A DNA stretch of 32,000 bases from Vulcanisaeta distributa DSM 14429 (GCF_000148385.1 NC_014537.1:1050001-1082000), one strand, 5' to 3'; numbered from the stretch's first letter, positions 17,240 to 26,235 are shown. Notes: generated from the letters alone by a model not told the origin. Program-made: numbers and translations.

Positions 17240-17656
17240 ATGTGTATGGACTTAAGCAAGCTAATGAGTCTACTACTCAGTAAAGGTGTGAATTACGTTA
17301 TTGCCCAACTACCTGGTTGGATTAGTAGGAAGGAGGTCTCCAGGGAGGACGCGGAGTTAATACTCACGTATGCAATGATGAGTAAGCTCGATGATTTAGG
17401 CAAGAAAATAGATGGACTAGGCAATAAGATGGATGAGTTAGGTAAGAAAATTGATGCCAGGTTTGATGAGTTGGGTAGAAAGATTGATGATTTACGTAGA
17501 GAAATAGATAGCATGCATAAGGAAATGGTTGATAGGCTTGACTTCATAAGCAATCAATTGAGGGTTCTGAACTCAAACATAGCCGCGACCTACGAATTAA
17601 CGTCGAAGGCAATGACCAGGTTAATGGAAAGTAGTATCGCACCAACACGTACATGA
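17240..17656 (+). CDS. coiled-coil protein with KID heptad/hendecad repeats
   Basis: Contains LDDLGKKIDGLGNKMDELGKKIDARFDELGRKIDDLRREIDSM. A TATA-like GCTTAAATAAT at 17212-17222 places transcription start near ATG 17240/17246. It is a paralog of 31653..32000. Confidence 0.65.
   Translation: MCMDLSKLMSLLLSKGVNYVIAQLPGWISRKEVSREDAELILTYAMMSKLDDLGKKIDGLGNKMDELGKKIDARFDELGRKIDDLRREIDSMHKEMVDRLDFISNQLRVLNSNIAATYELTSKAMTRLMESSIAPTRT
17396..17512 (+). repeat. five 21-nt (heptad-coding) tandem units, one 12-nt insertion, inside the coiled-coil gene
   Basis: The units are TTAGGCAAGAAAATAGATGGA / CTAGGCAATAAGATGGATGAG / TTAGGTAAGAAAATTGATGCC / (AGGTTTGATGAG) / TTGGGTAGAAAGATTGATGAT / TTACGTAGAGAAATAGATAGC. 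Confidence 0.8.
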
Positions 17657-17950
17657 TACATTTAAAGGCATTAACCTTTATAGCAGTTATTTGCAGTAGA
17701 ACCAGTCATATTTAGGAGACTGTTTATACCCTTAAGCGTGGGCGTTGGTCTACATAGCTTTGACGTACTTTATATATGAAATTATAATTAATGCCAATGG
17801 TAGTGTTAATACTAATGTCAATGAACGCCACAGTTAAGGCCTTAACGCCAATTTCATCCTAAATAATTTTAAGTTATTTTGTTTACCTGGTATTACATAT
17901 CCCCTTTTTGGTTTCTCGTAAACGATTACTTAAAACCTTAAATTAAGAAT

Positions 17951-17964
17951 AATGTTTATTAAGG
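17951..17964 (+). promoter_or_regulatory. TATA-like box (AATGTTTATTAAGG)
   Basis: Centred about 27 nt upstream of ATG 17988. Confidence 0.35.
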
Positions 17965-17987
17965 GGAATTGAAACTTAATAATCACA

Positions 17988-18443
17988 ATGAGTGAGGGGT
18001 TGAGCGATACAATAACGACAATAATACTCGTGGCAGTAGCTATAGCATTAACTATAGCAATAGTAGTTTGGGTATTTGGGATAGCCGGTAATGCGTCGAA
18101 GTCATTTGGCGTTAGGGTAAATATTGAGGGTCCCAGCATGTCGCAGAACAACGCAACATTCATAATCATTAATTCAGGCACGGAGTACGTAGAATTGGCA
18201 TATATTGTTATCAACAATGCCGAATTCATATCAAGTAATAGGTGCGTCATACCACCTGGGGGCTCCGCATTGTTGACTATAATTAGTAATGGAACGCACT
18301 ACGTGGATGTAGTACTGAGGGTTGGGAATTGCACCGTGAATTACAATGGCGATTCCAGGATTTACGGCATAAACACGGCAGAGGCGGTATTTACCAACGG
18401 CCAGCAAGTTCTTTACGAAACGCTGAACCTACAAAGCCAATGA
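17988..18443 (+). CDS. archaeal type IV pilin-like protein (class III signal peptide)
   Basis: The N-terminus MSEGLSDTITTIILVAVAIALTIAIVVWVFG has a short charged leader, a G/LS prepilin-peptidase-type site, then a long hydrophobic helix. The remainder is a sequon-bearing beta-type domain. Confidence 0.7.
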   Translation: MSEGLSDTITTIILVAVAIALTIAIVVWVFGIAGNASKSFGVRVNIEGPSMSQNNATFIIINSGTEYVELAYIVINNAEFISSNRCVIPPGGSALLTIISNGTHYVDVVLRVGNCTVNYNGDSRIYGINTAEAVFTNGQQVLYETLNLQSQ

Positions 18444-18449
18444 GACTTG

Positions 18450-19274
18450 TTAGGCCCTTAACTGCGATATTAGAACGCCAGCGAGTGTTATTGCCGAGCC
18501 TATTATCTCCATTTCCGTGGGTACCTTATCAAGTATTAATAGGGCAAATAAGTATGCGGATGCAGGTACGAGTATCGACATCGAACTTGCCGTCACGGGG
18601 CCAAGGTCCTTAACACCAAGGAACCAAAGTAGAAAGCCCATTACCTGAGCCACCAACGCAACAATTATGCCCCACGCAACGGCATTTAGTGTTAATTCCA
18701 TGTGTGGGCTGATAATGAGTGTTGGTGCCGCTATTAATGCTGATATGACCGCCATTGAGGCATTTAATCTAATGAGGTCCTCATTAACTAGGTTTCTCCT
18801 GTAATAATGAGTGCCCAATGCCCATACAAAGCCACCAAGTATTGCAATGGCATCGCCGATGTCGAAACTATAAACACCAACGGCTATCAATAAGCCACTA
18901 AACGCCAGTATAATGCCGATGACCTGTAGAGCCGTTGGTCTCTCGCCATACAATACAATTGAGAGTATGAGTACGAATATTGGCTGTGTGTAGACTAGCA
19001 CCGAGATTAATGCTGGGTTTGAGCTGTACTTAATGGCGATGTTCAGGAAAACCACGAATAGGGCTCCATTTAGTAATGCGTTGATTACATACTTACGATT
19101 TATCGTTAATCCCCTACCAATTAGGAGTAGAACTAATCCACCAACGCCGAATCTATACATCGTGAGTACAAAGGGCGACATGTAATACATGGCCACCTTA
19201 GATATGGAGTATGACGAACCCCAGGCAGCTAGGACACCAATCATTGCCAGGTAACCACGTAATTTATTATTCAT
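18450..19274 (-). CDS. EamA/DMT-superfamily transporter
   Basis: A 274-aa protein with about ten hydrophobic helices in two similar halves. The N-terminal LAAWGSSYSISK resembles the EamA start. Confidence 0.6.
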   Translation of the reverse strand: MNNKLRGYLAMIGVLAAWGSSYSISKVAMYYMSPFVLTMYRFGVGGLVLLLIGRGLTINRKYVINALLNGALFVVFLNIAIKYSSNPALISVLVYTQPIFVLILSIVLYGERPTALQVIGIILAFSGLLIAVGVYSFDIGDAIAILGGFVWALGTHYYRRNLVNEDLIRLNASMAVISALIAAPTLIISPHMELTLNAVAWGIIVALVAQVMGFLLWFLGVKDLGPVTASSMSILVPASAYLFALLILDKVPTEMEIIGSAITLAGVLISQLRA

Positions 19275-19361
19275 AACCTGGCTGCATGGTTTACATGGAC
19301 TGTTATAAAGATTACTACATACCGTTTAACTCCACAAAGCATTTAAGGGATACATAAGAAT

Positions 19362-19955
19362 ATGCCTATTGATATGGGCTTAAACACGAAGGTCCTTAGT
19401 AGGCTTGCTTGGTTCTATACTGGTTTCGTGATTGTTAACTTTGCATCCTTACTATGGCTATTCATAACCAGCTACCTAACCATATACACGGATATACCAC
19501 TGCCATACTTCATGCTATACATACCCAGTAACATTGCCGTACTAGCCCTAATAACCCTAGCCCTAATCCTAGGCCTATATGTATATTTGGGCGTTGTTCT
19601 CATACGTGGCGGTCTTGAGAGGGGTTACGTGCCAACGGCCTTCGCAGCAGCGATGGTTATAGGCATAGTCCTATTATTTATTAGGCAGTTCATAGCCTCA
19701 TTAATCTCCTTAATAATTGCCCTGGCGCTTATGGTTGGTGTCTATGCGGTACTAACGAGTATTGCAACGCATAGGGCATCGAGGTATATGTGGCTAGTAA
19801 GTACCCTACTCATCATAGTCACCGTGATACTGGCTTTAATAAGTAGGTCTGTCGTGAATTACGTAGTGGCTACGATACAATCACTATCAATACTCGCCTG
19901 TGCGATTGAGGTATGGTTAATAATGGGCAGGCAAAGCCAAAGTGTAGTGACCTAA
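19362..19955 (+). CDS. hypothetical integral membrane protein (197 aa)
   Basis: Has multiple hydrophobic helices. Its stop is immediately followed by the ATG of the MBL hydrolase, so co-transcription is probable. Confidence 0.6.
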   Translation: MPIDMGLNTKVLSRLAWFYTGFVIVNFASLLWLFITSYLTIYTDIPLPYFMLYIPSNIAVLALITLALILGLYVYLGVVLIRGGLERGYVPTAFAAAMVIGIVLLFIRQFIASLISLIIALALMVGVYAVLTSIATHRASRYMWLVSTLLIIVTVILALISRSVVNYVVATIQSLSILACAIEVWLIMGRQSQSVVT

Positions 19956-20597
19956 ATGCTCAACGTTGAGGTAGTGGTTGTTGGGCCTCTCGAAACCAAT
20001 TGTTACCTGGTATGTGATGGTAATTCCTGTGTAATCATTGATCCTGGAGATGAGGCCGAGAGCATACTAAATGCCTTAGGTAATAGGAGGGCCCTAGCCG
20101 TGATCGCGACACACCTACACTTTGATCATGTGGGTGCAGTTAAGGAATTGACCGAGCACCTGGGCATTCCATTCATGGTGCATAGTCTGGATTGGGAATT
20201 GAAAGAAGTATTCAACGAATTAGCCGCAGTGTGGGGATTCACAAAACCCGAACTGCCGGAGCCCGTGTTTATCAGTGAGGGTTTAGAACTGCCGCTTAAC
20301 CTAAGGGTAATCCACACGCCAGGGCACACGCCAGGTTCAATCTCGATAGTTGGGGATGACTTCGTAATTACGGGCGACACACTCTTCGCAGGTAGTGTCG
20401 GTAGGACGGACCTACCTGGGGGCGATATGGATAAACTCAGGAGGTCCGTGTGCAGGTTGTACAGGGAGCTACCCGACAACTTCATTGTTTACCCAGGCCA
20501 TGGGCCATCAACCACGATCGGTGAGGAGAAGATTAACAATTTAATAATACCAATGGAGGTTTGCTCGGATGAGGCAGGGCGCACTGGTTATGAATAG
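19956..20597 (+). CDS. MBL-fold metallo-hydrolase (glyoxalase II-like)
   Basis: Contains THLHFDHVGA (the HxHxDH motif), HTPGHTPGS and GDTLFAGSVGRTDLPGG. Confidence 0.8.
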   Translation: MLNVEVVVVGPLETNCYLVCDGNSCVIIDPGDEAESILNALGNRRALAVIATHLHFDHVGAVKELTEHLGIPFMVHSLDWELKEVFNELAAVWGFTKPELPEPVFISEGLELPLNLRVIHTPGHTPGSISIVGDDFVITGDTLFAGSVGRTDLPGGDMDKLRRSVCRLYRELPDNFIVYPGHGPSTTIGEEKINNLIIPMEVCSDEAGRTGYE

Positions 20598-20614
20598 CCG
20601 GTGCAAAAAAGCTC

Positions 20615-22398
20615 GTGATTGGGATGACCACTATGCCTAGGCAAAGGCACCTACGCATAATAACCCTGGCAATACTTCTGGCTGCCGCACTGTCAATAAC
20701 CCTGATAACCCTCGCCCAATCACAAGCCCAACCAAGGCCCTTCATGACGCTCAAGGGCGAGGCATCACTCATAGATTACTACAACGTGAGCGGCATCACG
20801 GCGCTAATGCTGGTAATACGCGCATACCTAAATAACACGCCAGCGCCAATCACCGTGAGTCTATTCGCATTCACGCCAACGAAGATCTACACCATAGGCT
20901 ACTACTACGGTGTGGGCGCAGTGACCATAAACCTAGCGAACCCACTAATGATGGAGGTAGCCAGTGCATGGAATGTGGCTGGGCTATGGCCATCACTACT
21001 CGCATTCATCATGTACACATCCAATGAGACACATACCGTGAGGTTCATGATCCTGACCATACCTTACGACCCAGGTTGGATAATAAGCAAGGAACACATA
21101 GCCATAACCGCATCAGTAAACTTAACCACGGTAAAGCCACTACCAATACCGAGAAATCTAACGAAGTCTATAACCATGCAAACAACCAATACCAAGATAA
21201 ATACAACAGACCCATATGGGTATACCTACGTGGGTTCATGCATGGGAATAGCGTTCCACAATCACCTTCAAGCCTACCATACGTACCTGGCCTTGGCTCA
21301 ACTGGCTGGCAATTAGAGAGTTGCTATGAGTTTGAGGGACCAATACCGCTATTCTTCGTGAGTTGGGGCATGGGTGTATGGAGTAACGGTGTTATAAATA
21401 TAAATGTTGCATTACATAACGGAGAAGCACAAGCAGGTAGTGGATTCCATGCCTCATACGCCATATACAACACCTCAGGTTACTACATTATGTCAACCAC
21501 ATCTAACGAACCAACAATTACCTTTTCACAATCCGTAAGTATGTATCTATATGAACCAATGTGCCAAGCTTATGAGCAACAATTAGCTATTACGCATGGG
21601 AATTCCCTTAATTCTGCATGCGTGTATGGACAGCAGGTTTATTACGTGCCAGGCTCTGGCACCGTGTCTATTGGGCCTATTGGGTATGTTGCCACGGTTA
21701 CGTATTACTACTGTTTATTTCAAGGTGGTTCCTGTACACCTACTTACATCGCTAATGGCACGATGGTGCTAAGCTTAAGTAGCCTATCATATAATTCTGG
21801 CGTCCTTATAATCTATCCATATCTTGATATCGGTAATGGTTCGGTAACGAACACCTTAGCCGTATTAATAAGCCAGGGATTAGCCGGTGAAGCATTCTCG
21901 GTGCTTGACGGCCAATATATTTCGTATAATCCATCTACTGAATCCTCGCCAACGTATGTCCAAGCCTGTAGTAATGCACCCAGCCCTAGTAATTTATCAA
22001 GCAATGTCGTAGAATATGGTTTACAGAAGGTGTTAATGACGTACAACCCGGGCATTCCCGCCTGGGGTGCTGATGTTGGTGGCGTTATTGCTGAGACGGT
22101 TCTAGATAAAGTACCACCTATTATTGGGCCGCTCATTGGCTTTGCCGTATCGTACATACTTAATTACTTAATATCATCTACAGTCACCATATACCAGAAT
22201 TACATCGTAAACATATATACCAATCCCAATACATCGTGGCAGTTCTATACTACTTTTGTGGGTTCGCCAGCCATCACCGCATCCAGTGGTAATGAGTATT
22301 ACTGGCCTGCAGGCATTATAATTAATGGTAGCGGTTACTACCTGAATTACCTGCCCTATCTATACCCATGGCCTGGCTCTACTGTGTGCCAGGGCTGA
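20615..22398 (+). pseudogene. frameshifted paralog of the 596-aa surface protein (ORFs 20615..21316 and 21076..22398 read as one gene)
   Basis: The first ORF has a signal anchor and aligns with the N-terminal domain of 11402..13192 (MMEVASAWNVAG vs LSKIASEWVAKG; FMILTIPYDPGWIIS vs MMFTAYEPGTLLS; ITASVNLT vs MTVSLNLT). The second ORF has no signal peptide and continues the alignment from VPQSPSSLPYVPG (vs PQVPTPPAPPG). The joined length of about 594 aa compares with 596 aa. The frames overlap at 21076-21316. Confidence 0.55.
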
Positions 22399-22425
22399 GC
22401 CTTACTGAGTGAGCTCATTATTTAA

Positions 22426-24144
22426 TTAAAACGCCCTGAGTAATTCCCTAACCTTACCTATCGTCTCATCAATGTTAGTTAGTGATTCCTGGTTTAGGCT
22501 TAGCCATAACTCCTTCACTGTCGGTAGTTTATTTAATAGCCGCATTACGGCGCTCGTAATCAGCTGATTGGTCCAATGACCGGTCCTCACAACATCCTGA
22601 ACCTCAGGTAATCCCTCCCTAATCGCCAATGCCTTAACTACGTAATTGAATGCCCTCCTTAAATTATCAATTGGATATGTGCTGGTTCTTGCCATGTCTA
22701 ATTCATGCTCTGCACTAAGTATTAGCGCACCTACATCATTTAGGTTAGCTACCCTGCCCAGCACAAGTGTTGTTAAGTAATATAGGTAGGCAATGGTTGG
22801 TGCGTATATGATCAGGCCTAGGCTTATGCCCATTATACTCACGAAATTTAGGACGAAACCTATTATTAACATGATTATTGCCAAGCCGATATACTTAATG
22901 GTTGGGCTATACGTAGATAGTAACCTATAAGTTGCCGCTAGCGTCATTATGAATCCGGAAAGTGATATTATGGCGCCAATTAAACCCAGAATTGCTGCTG
23001 TTATTATACCTTCGATAATCGAGATAGTACTTTGCGTTATTGGTGGAGTTACGTGTTCAATGGCATATATGGCAAGTGGTTCGGCCGTAATGATTATCAT
23101 TGGGTAGGCAGCCATTAGGAATACTATACCAAATATACTTATTAATGAGCCATAATATCCAATACGGACATTATCATTAATGAGCCCTAACTTGGAAAAT
23201 CCATCCTTGAGGAAGACCATGGCAATTATGAGTAATGCATCCACCACGTCAATTATCGCCGAAGTGATGGTCATGTAAGTAGCAATACCCGCTAAATTCC
23301 CCATTGTTAATCGGCCTTGGGGCGTGACGTATAGTAGGTTTGTCGTTACGTGGTTAAGCACTGTGAGTCCACTTGACAATGCAAGGGCCGGCGGCGGGCT
23401 TCCCATGGATATTGATGACATTAGAAATGCGATTGTCATGATTATATTAATGATACTCGTAACCAGGAATATTAGCATGCCACGACCAAAGCGATAAATA
23501 CCAAACGAAACTAATGAATTGCTGGCAGGTTTTCTTATGGGCTTGATGAGGAGCAAGTAAGTAATAATTAATAGGGCCCCAACTAGTAATGCTAGCATTA
23601 CAATGAATGTGCCGAAATACGCCCAGTTAGGTCTTGCATTAATTATGGTAGGTACTGGACGTAGAACCACGTATGTGCTTAAATACCTGCAGCTATTACT
23701 AATCATTGTCATGTTTAGCCAGGGACCTAACTGGGCATACGCGACGTAATTAGTGATGTTTGTTGGATATACTGCGTAGCTCCAGGTAACTGTTAATTCG
23801 GCTGTGTAGAAGAAGGGTGGTTTTGGTGATACGTAGTTAATGGTTTTATTAAGGAATAATATACTGACCTGGGGCGCCCCCTCGCTGAGTGTAATAGGTA
23901 CGGTTTTATTAAATAAGCCAGCAGTAACTGGGGGCCAATGCACGAGATAGCTTGGGCTCACCTTCACGTAAAATACGACACTGTATGGGAAGCCCGTTGA
24001 GGTTAAATTAATGTAAGCGAATATATAGCAACCACCGAGCGCGAATACTGCCTTGGGGACTACCATTAATGCCAGCGCCACAATTAATAGTGGAATTGAA
24101 CGTTTAACCATGCGTATGGCTGTGATCACCACATAGCCTTTCAT
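22426..24144 (-). CDS. polytopic membrane protein with an N-terminal extracellular domain and a C-terminal PaREP1/HEPN-like helical domain
   Basis: It has a signal-like N-terminus, a sequon-bearing domain of about 140 aa, and many TM helices. A soluble tail of about 100 aa, ...RRAFNYVVKALAIREGLPEVQDVVRTGHWTNQLITSAVMRLLNKL...LWLSL..., follows the pattern I recall for PaREP1 proteins (AxKALAxxxGLPE....GxWT...L..AV..L). The tail assignment is tentative. Confidence 0.6.
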   Translation of the reverse strand: MKGYVVITAIRMVKRSIPLLIVALALMVVPKAVFALGGCYIFAYINLTSTGFPYSVVFYVKVSPSYLVHWPPVTAGLFNKTVPITLSEGAPQVSILFLNKTINYVSPKPPFFYTAELTVTWSYAVYPTNITNYVAYAQLGPWLNMTMISNSCRYLSTYVVLRPVPTIINARPNWAYFGTFIVMLALLVGALLIITYLLLIKPIRKPASNSLVSFGIYRFGRGMLIFLVTSIINIIMTIAFLMSSISMGSPPPALALSSGLTVLNHVTTNLLYVTPQGRLTMGNLAGIATYMTITSAIIDVVDALLIIAMVFLKDGFSKLGLINDNVRIGYYGSLISIFGIVFLMAAYPMIIITAEPLAIYAIEHVTPPITQSTISIIEGIITAAILGLIGAIISLSGFIMTLAATYRLLSTYSPTIKYIGLAIIMLIIGFVLNFVSIMGISLGLIIYAPTIAYLYYLTTLVLGRVANLNDVGALILSAEHELDMARTSTYPIDNLRRAFNYVVKALAIREGLPEVQDVVRTGHWTNQLITSAVMRLLNKLPTVKELWLSLNQESLTNIDETIGKVRELLRAF

Positions 24145-24208
24145 AGATTAATGAGTAATTATGCACTAAGAAATAAGTTTTTGCAAACACTTGGGACATG
24201 GGGTAAGT

Positions 24209-24222
24209 GTAAATACTTTAAG
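24209..24222 (+). promoter_or_regulatory. TATA-like box (GTAAATACTTTAAG) upstream of MNT
   Basis: Lies about 30-35 nt upstream of ATG 24251 and supports the internal start rather than TTG 24191. Confidence 0.35.
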
Positions 24223-24250
24223 TAAGTATGTAATCCTTAGATTGGGCTTA

Positions 24251-24664
24251 ATGCTTGATAAATCAGTGATTGATAGGTTGAGGATGTTTCCATGGAGTAA
24301 CTACAGCATTTACTACGCGGTTCTCTTTGGTTCCATAGTTAGGAGGGGTTTTGGTGAGGATGTTGATATCGCGGTGGAGTTCGTGGGAGGCCTTGACTTG
24401 GGTAGGCACTCACGGCTACTCTTTGACCTGTTTGATTACCTGGGTACGGACAAGGTGGATCTAGTGCCCATTAGCGACAGTGCTGATTGTTACCTGGTTC
24501 ATGAGGTTTTTAGTGATGGTGTAATACTATACATGGCCAGTGATGATGCATGGCTGAGGATGCATAGGAGGGCTTCGATTTGTGAGGACTTCCTTATTGA
24601 CGCCAGGAAGTTGGACCTGGTGGCTAATGCGGGTAAGGCCCTGGTGATGAGATGGCGATCCTAA
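24251..24664 (+). CDS. minimal nucleotidyltransferase (MNT), antitoxin-type partner of HEPN
   Basis: YYAVLFGSIVRRGFGEDVDIAVEF is the GS...DxD motif, and VDLVPIS follows. The ORF track starts at TTG 24191, but ATG 24251 gives a typical MNT length. Confidence 0.8.
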   Translation: MLDKSVIDRLRMFPWSNYSIYYAVLFGSIVRRGFGEDVDIAVEFVGGLDLGRHSRLLFDLFDYLGTDKVDLVPISDSADCYLVHEVFSDGVILYMASDDAWLRMHRRASICEDFLIDARKLDLVANAGKALVMRWRS

Positions 24665-25068
24665 ATAAATTGCTAAGTATTATCGAGGATATGACTAGGA
24701 GACTCGATGAATTTATTGACCGTGGTTATGATCTAAGTAATTGGCGAGATCAACTGGCGTCAATACACGTACTGCAGGTTCAGGCGCAAGCCTTCATCGA
24801 CTTATGCCAACGGTTATTATCTAATATGGGCGTTACTGCCGAGGGCTACTCAGGAATTGCCAGGAGGTTAAGAGATATGGGTTTGGTGACGAGTGAGGAG
24901 GAGGCCCTAGTCAAGTCGTTAGTGGGTTTCAAGAACGTGGTGGTTCACGGCTACGCCAGCCTAGACCTTAACGTGGTTAATGAAATACCTAGGTCGAGGA
25001 GTTATAGGAGGGTCCTCGAACTAGCCCTGGCGCTTAGGGATAGGGCTAGGCAGTACTGGGATCCTTAA
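24652..25068 (+). CDS. HEPN domain protein (DUF86), toxin-type partner of MNT
   Basis: GFKNVVVHGYASLD is the R/K-x4-H HEPN motif. The gene overlaps the MNT gene by 13 nt, which is the classic two-gene arrangement. Confidence 0.8.
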   Translation: MAILNKLLSIIEDMTRRLDEFIDRGYDLSNWRDQLASIHVLQVQAQAFIDLCQRLLSNMGVTAEGYSGIARRLRDMGLVTSEEEALVKSLVGFKNVVVHGYASLDLNVVNEIPRSRSYRRVLELALALRDRARQYWDP

Positions 25069-25113
25069 CCCTGGGTGGTATTGCATTTAAGGGCGTTATC
25101 AATTCAATGGTTA

Positions 25114-25851
25114 ATGCGTTGGTGGGAGCTTACCTGGCCTGAGTTTGAAAAGGTCGATAAGACAGTGGCCCTACTACCGACGGGGATTGTCGAGGCCCAC
25201 GGACCACACCTACCACTGGGTACGGATGCGTTAATGGCCACCTACATAGCCGAGGAGGCCGCAAAGAGGACCAACGTACTCCTACTGCCCACTGTTTGGT
25301 ATGGGAATACGTACGTGCTCGACAAGTTCCCCGGCACCATATCCATAAGCAATGAGACACTATACATGCTCTACAGGGACATATTCAGGGAAGTGGCTAG
25401 GAACGGCATTAGGTACCTAATCGTCATTAACGGGCATGGAGGCAACGCGGACGCCCTAAACATGGCGGCAAAGGACGTGGCAAAGGAGACTAACCTAGTC
25501 ATAATAATCATAAACTGGTGGATAGACCTAGCAAAGGAAGCCAGGAAGAAGGTTCTAGAAACGCCGGAGGGCCATGCGGCTGAGGACGAGACAAGCGAGG
25601 TCTGGGCAGCATACCCAGACCTGGTTAAGTGGGTTCCAAGGGATGGCTCGGCCGATGAGTGGGTTGAGGCGAGGTTTAGGGTGTATGGGAAGGAGGTCTA
25701 CGCGATGGAGTATACGAAGGCCGTGCAGGGATACCCATCGAGGGCAAGCCAGGAGAAGGGCAAGGCAATACTGGAGGCCGCGGTAAATGAGGTCGTTCAA
25801 TTAATAAATGACTTAAGAAACGGGAAACTACCGATAACAAAGGTTAGGTAA
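25114..25851 (+). CDS. creatininase-family amidohydrolase (ArfB/creatinine amidohydrolase family)
   Basis: ELTWPEF...ALLPTGIVEAHGPHLPLGTD is the family N-terminal signature, followed by INGHGGN and HAAEDETS. The ORF track starts at GTG 25075. ATG 25114 is preferred because family members begin just before ELTWPE and a CATTTAAG box lies about 26 nt upstream. Confidence 0.7.
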   Translation: MRWWELTWPEFEKVDKTVALLPTGIVEAHGPHLPLGTDALMATYIAEEAAKRTNVLLLPTVWYGNTYVLDKFPGTISISNETLYMLYRDIFREVARNGIRYLIVINGHGGNADALNMAAKDVAKETNLVIIIINWWIDLAKEARKKVLETPEGHAAEDETSEVWAAYPDLVKWVPRDGSADEWVEARFRVYGKEVYAMEYTKAVQGYPSRASQEKGKAILEAAVNEVVQLINDLRNGKLPITKVR

Positions 25852-26235
25852 GGAGATAATTTGCGAATAGTATTATCATTATTAATTGCTTGATAAAATA
25901 TAATGTAGGTAAGGTTCTGATCCATTAACAATTATATTGGTAGGTATGTAAACATCAACCGTGGACTGGGTATTAGTAATGTATTACTGATTATCGTTGT
26001 GCGTAAGCTACTACGATACTTATTTAGGGTATTACATCTTCATATCCGTATGAAGTCACGCTTATTAAGCCATTACTAACGGCTTAGTTATGTGGTGATC
26101 TTAAATTCTAATGCGTATCTAACGTGATGCGTGATTTAATGAAGTAATTAATTACTTTAGGCTAGAGCCGGTGAACCCATGATCAATCCACTTATGATTA
26201 CCCTAGCATTCATGTGGTGATACGTTGTGTAATAA

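Noticed and set aside
16044-18613. Track ORFs 16044..16226(-), 16169..16369(-), 17293..17553(-), 17930..18250(-), 18329..18613(+)
   Set aside because: They are shadows of the Thg1-like, coiled-coil, pilin and EamA genes. 17293..17553 is simply the antisense of the 21-nt repeat, which explains its own SSIFLPNSS repeats.
20126-22157. Track ORFs 20126..20485(-), 20533..20772(-), 21813..22157(-)
   Set aside because: They are antisense to the MBL hydrolase and the surface-protein paralog, and they have no motifs.
25130-25800. Track ORFs 25130..25360(-), 25555..25800(-), 25574..25786(+)
   Set aside because: These are Arg/Pro/Gly-rich shadows in the relatively GC-rich creatininase-family gene.
26090-26225. 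Possible C/D-box sRNA or structured RNA (ATGATCA / ATGATTA boxes, GCTAG...CTAGC closing stem, 10-nt direct repeat ATGTGGTGAT)
   Set aside because: There is no proper RUGAUGA C box and no CUGA D box, and the stems are short. The evidence is insufficient.
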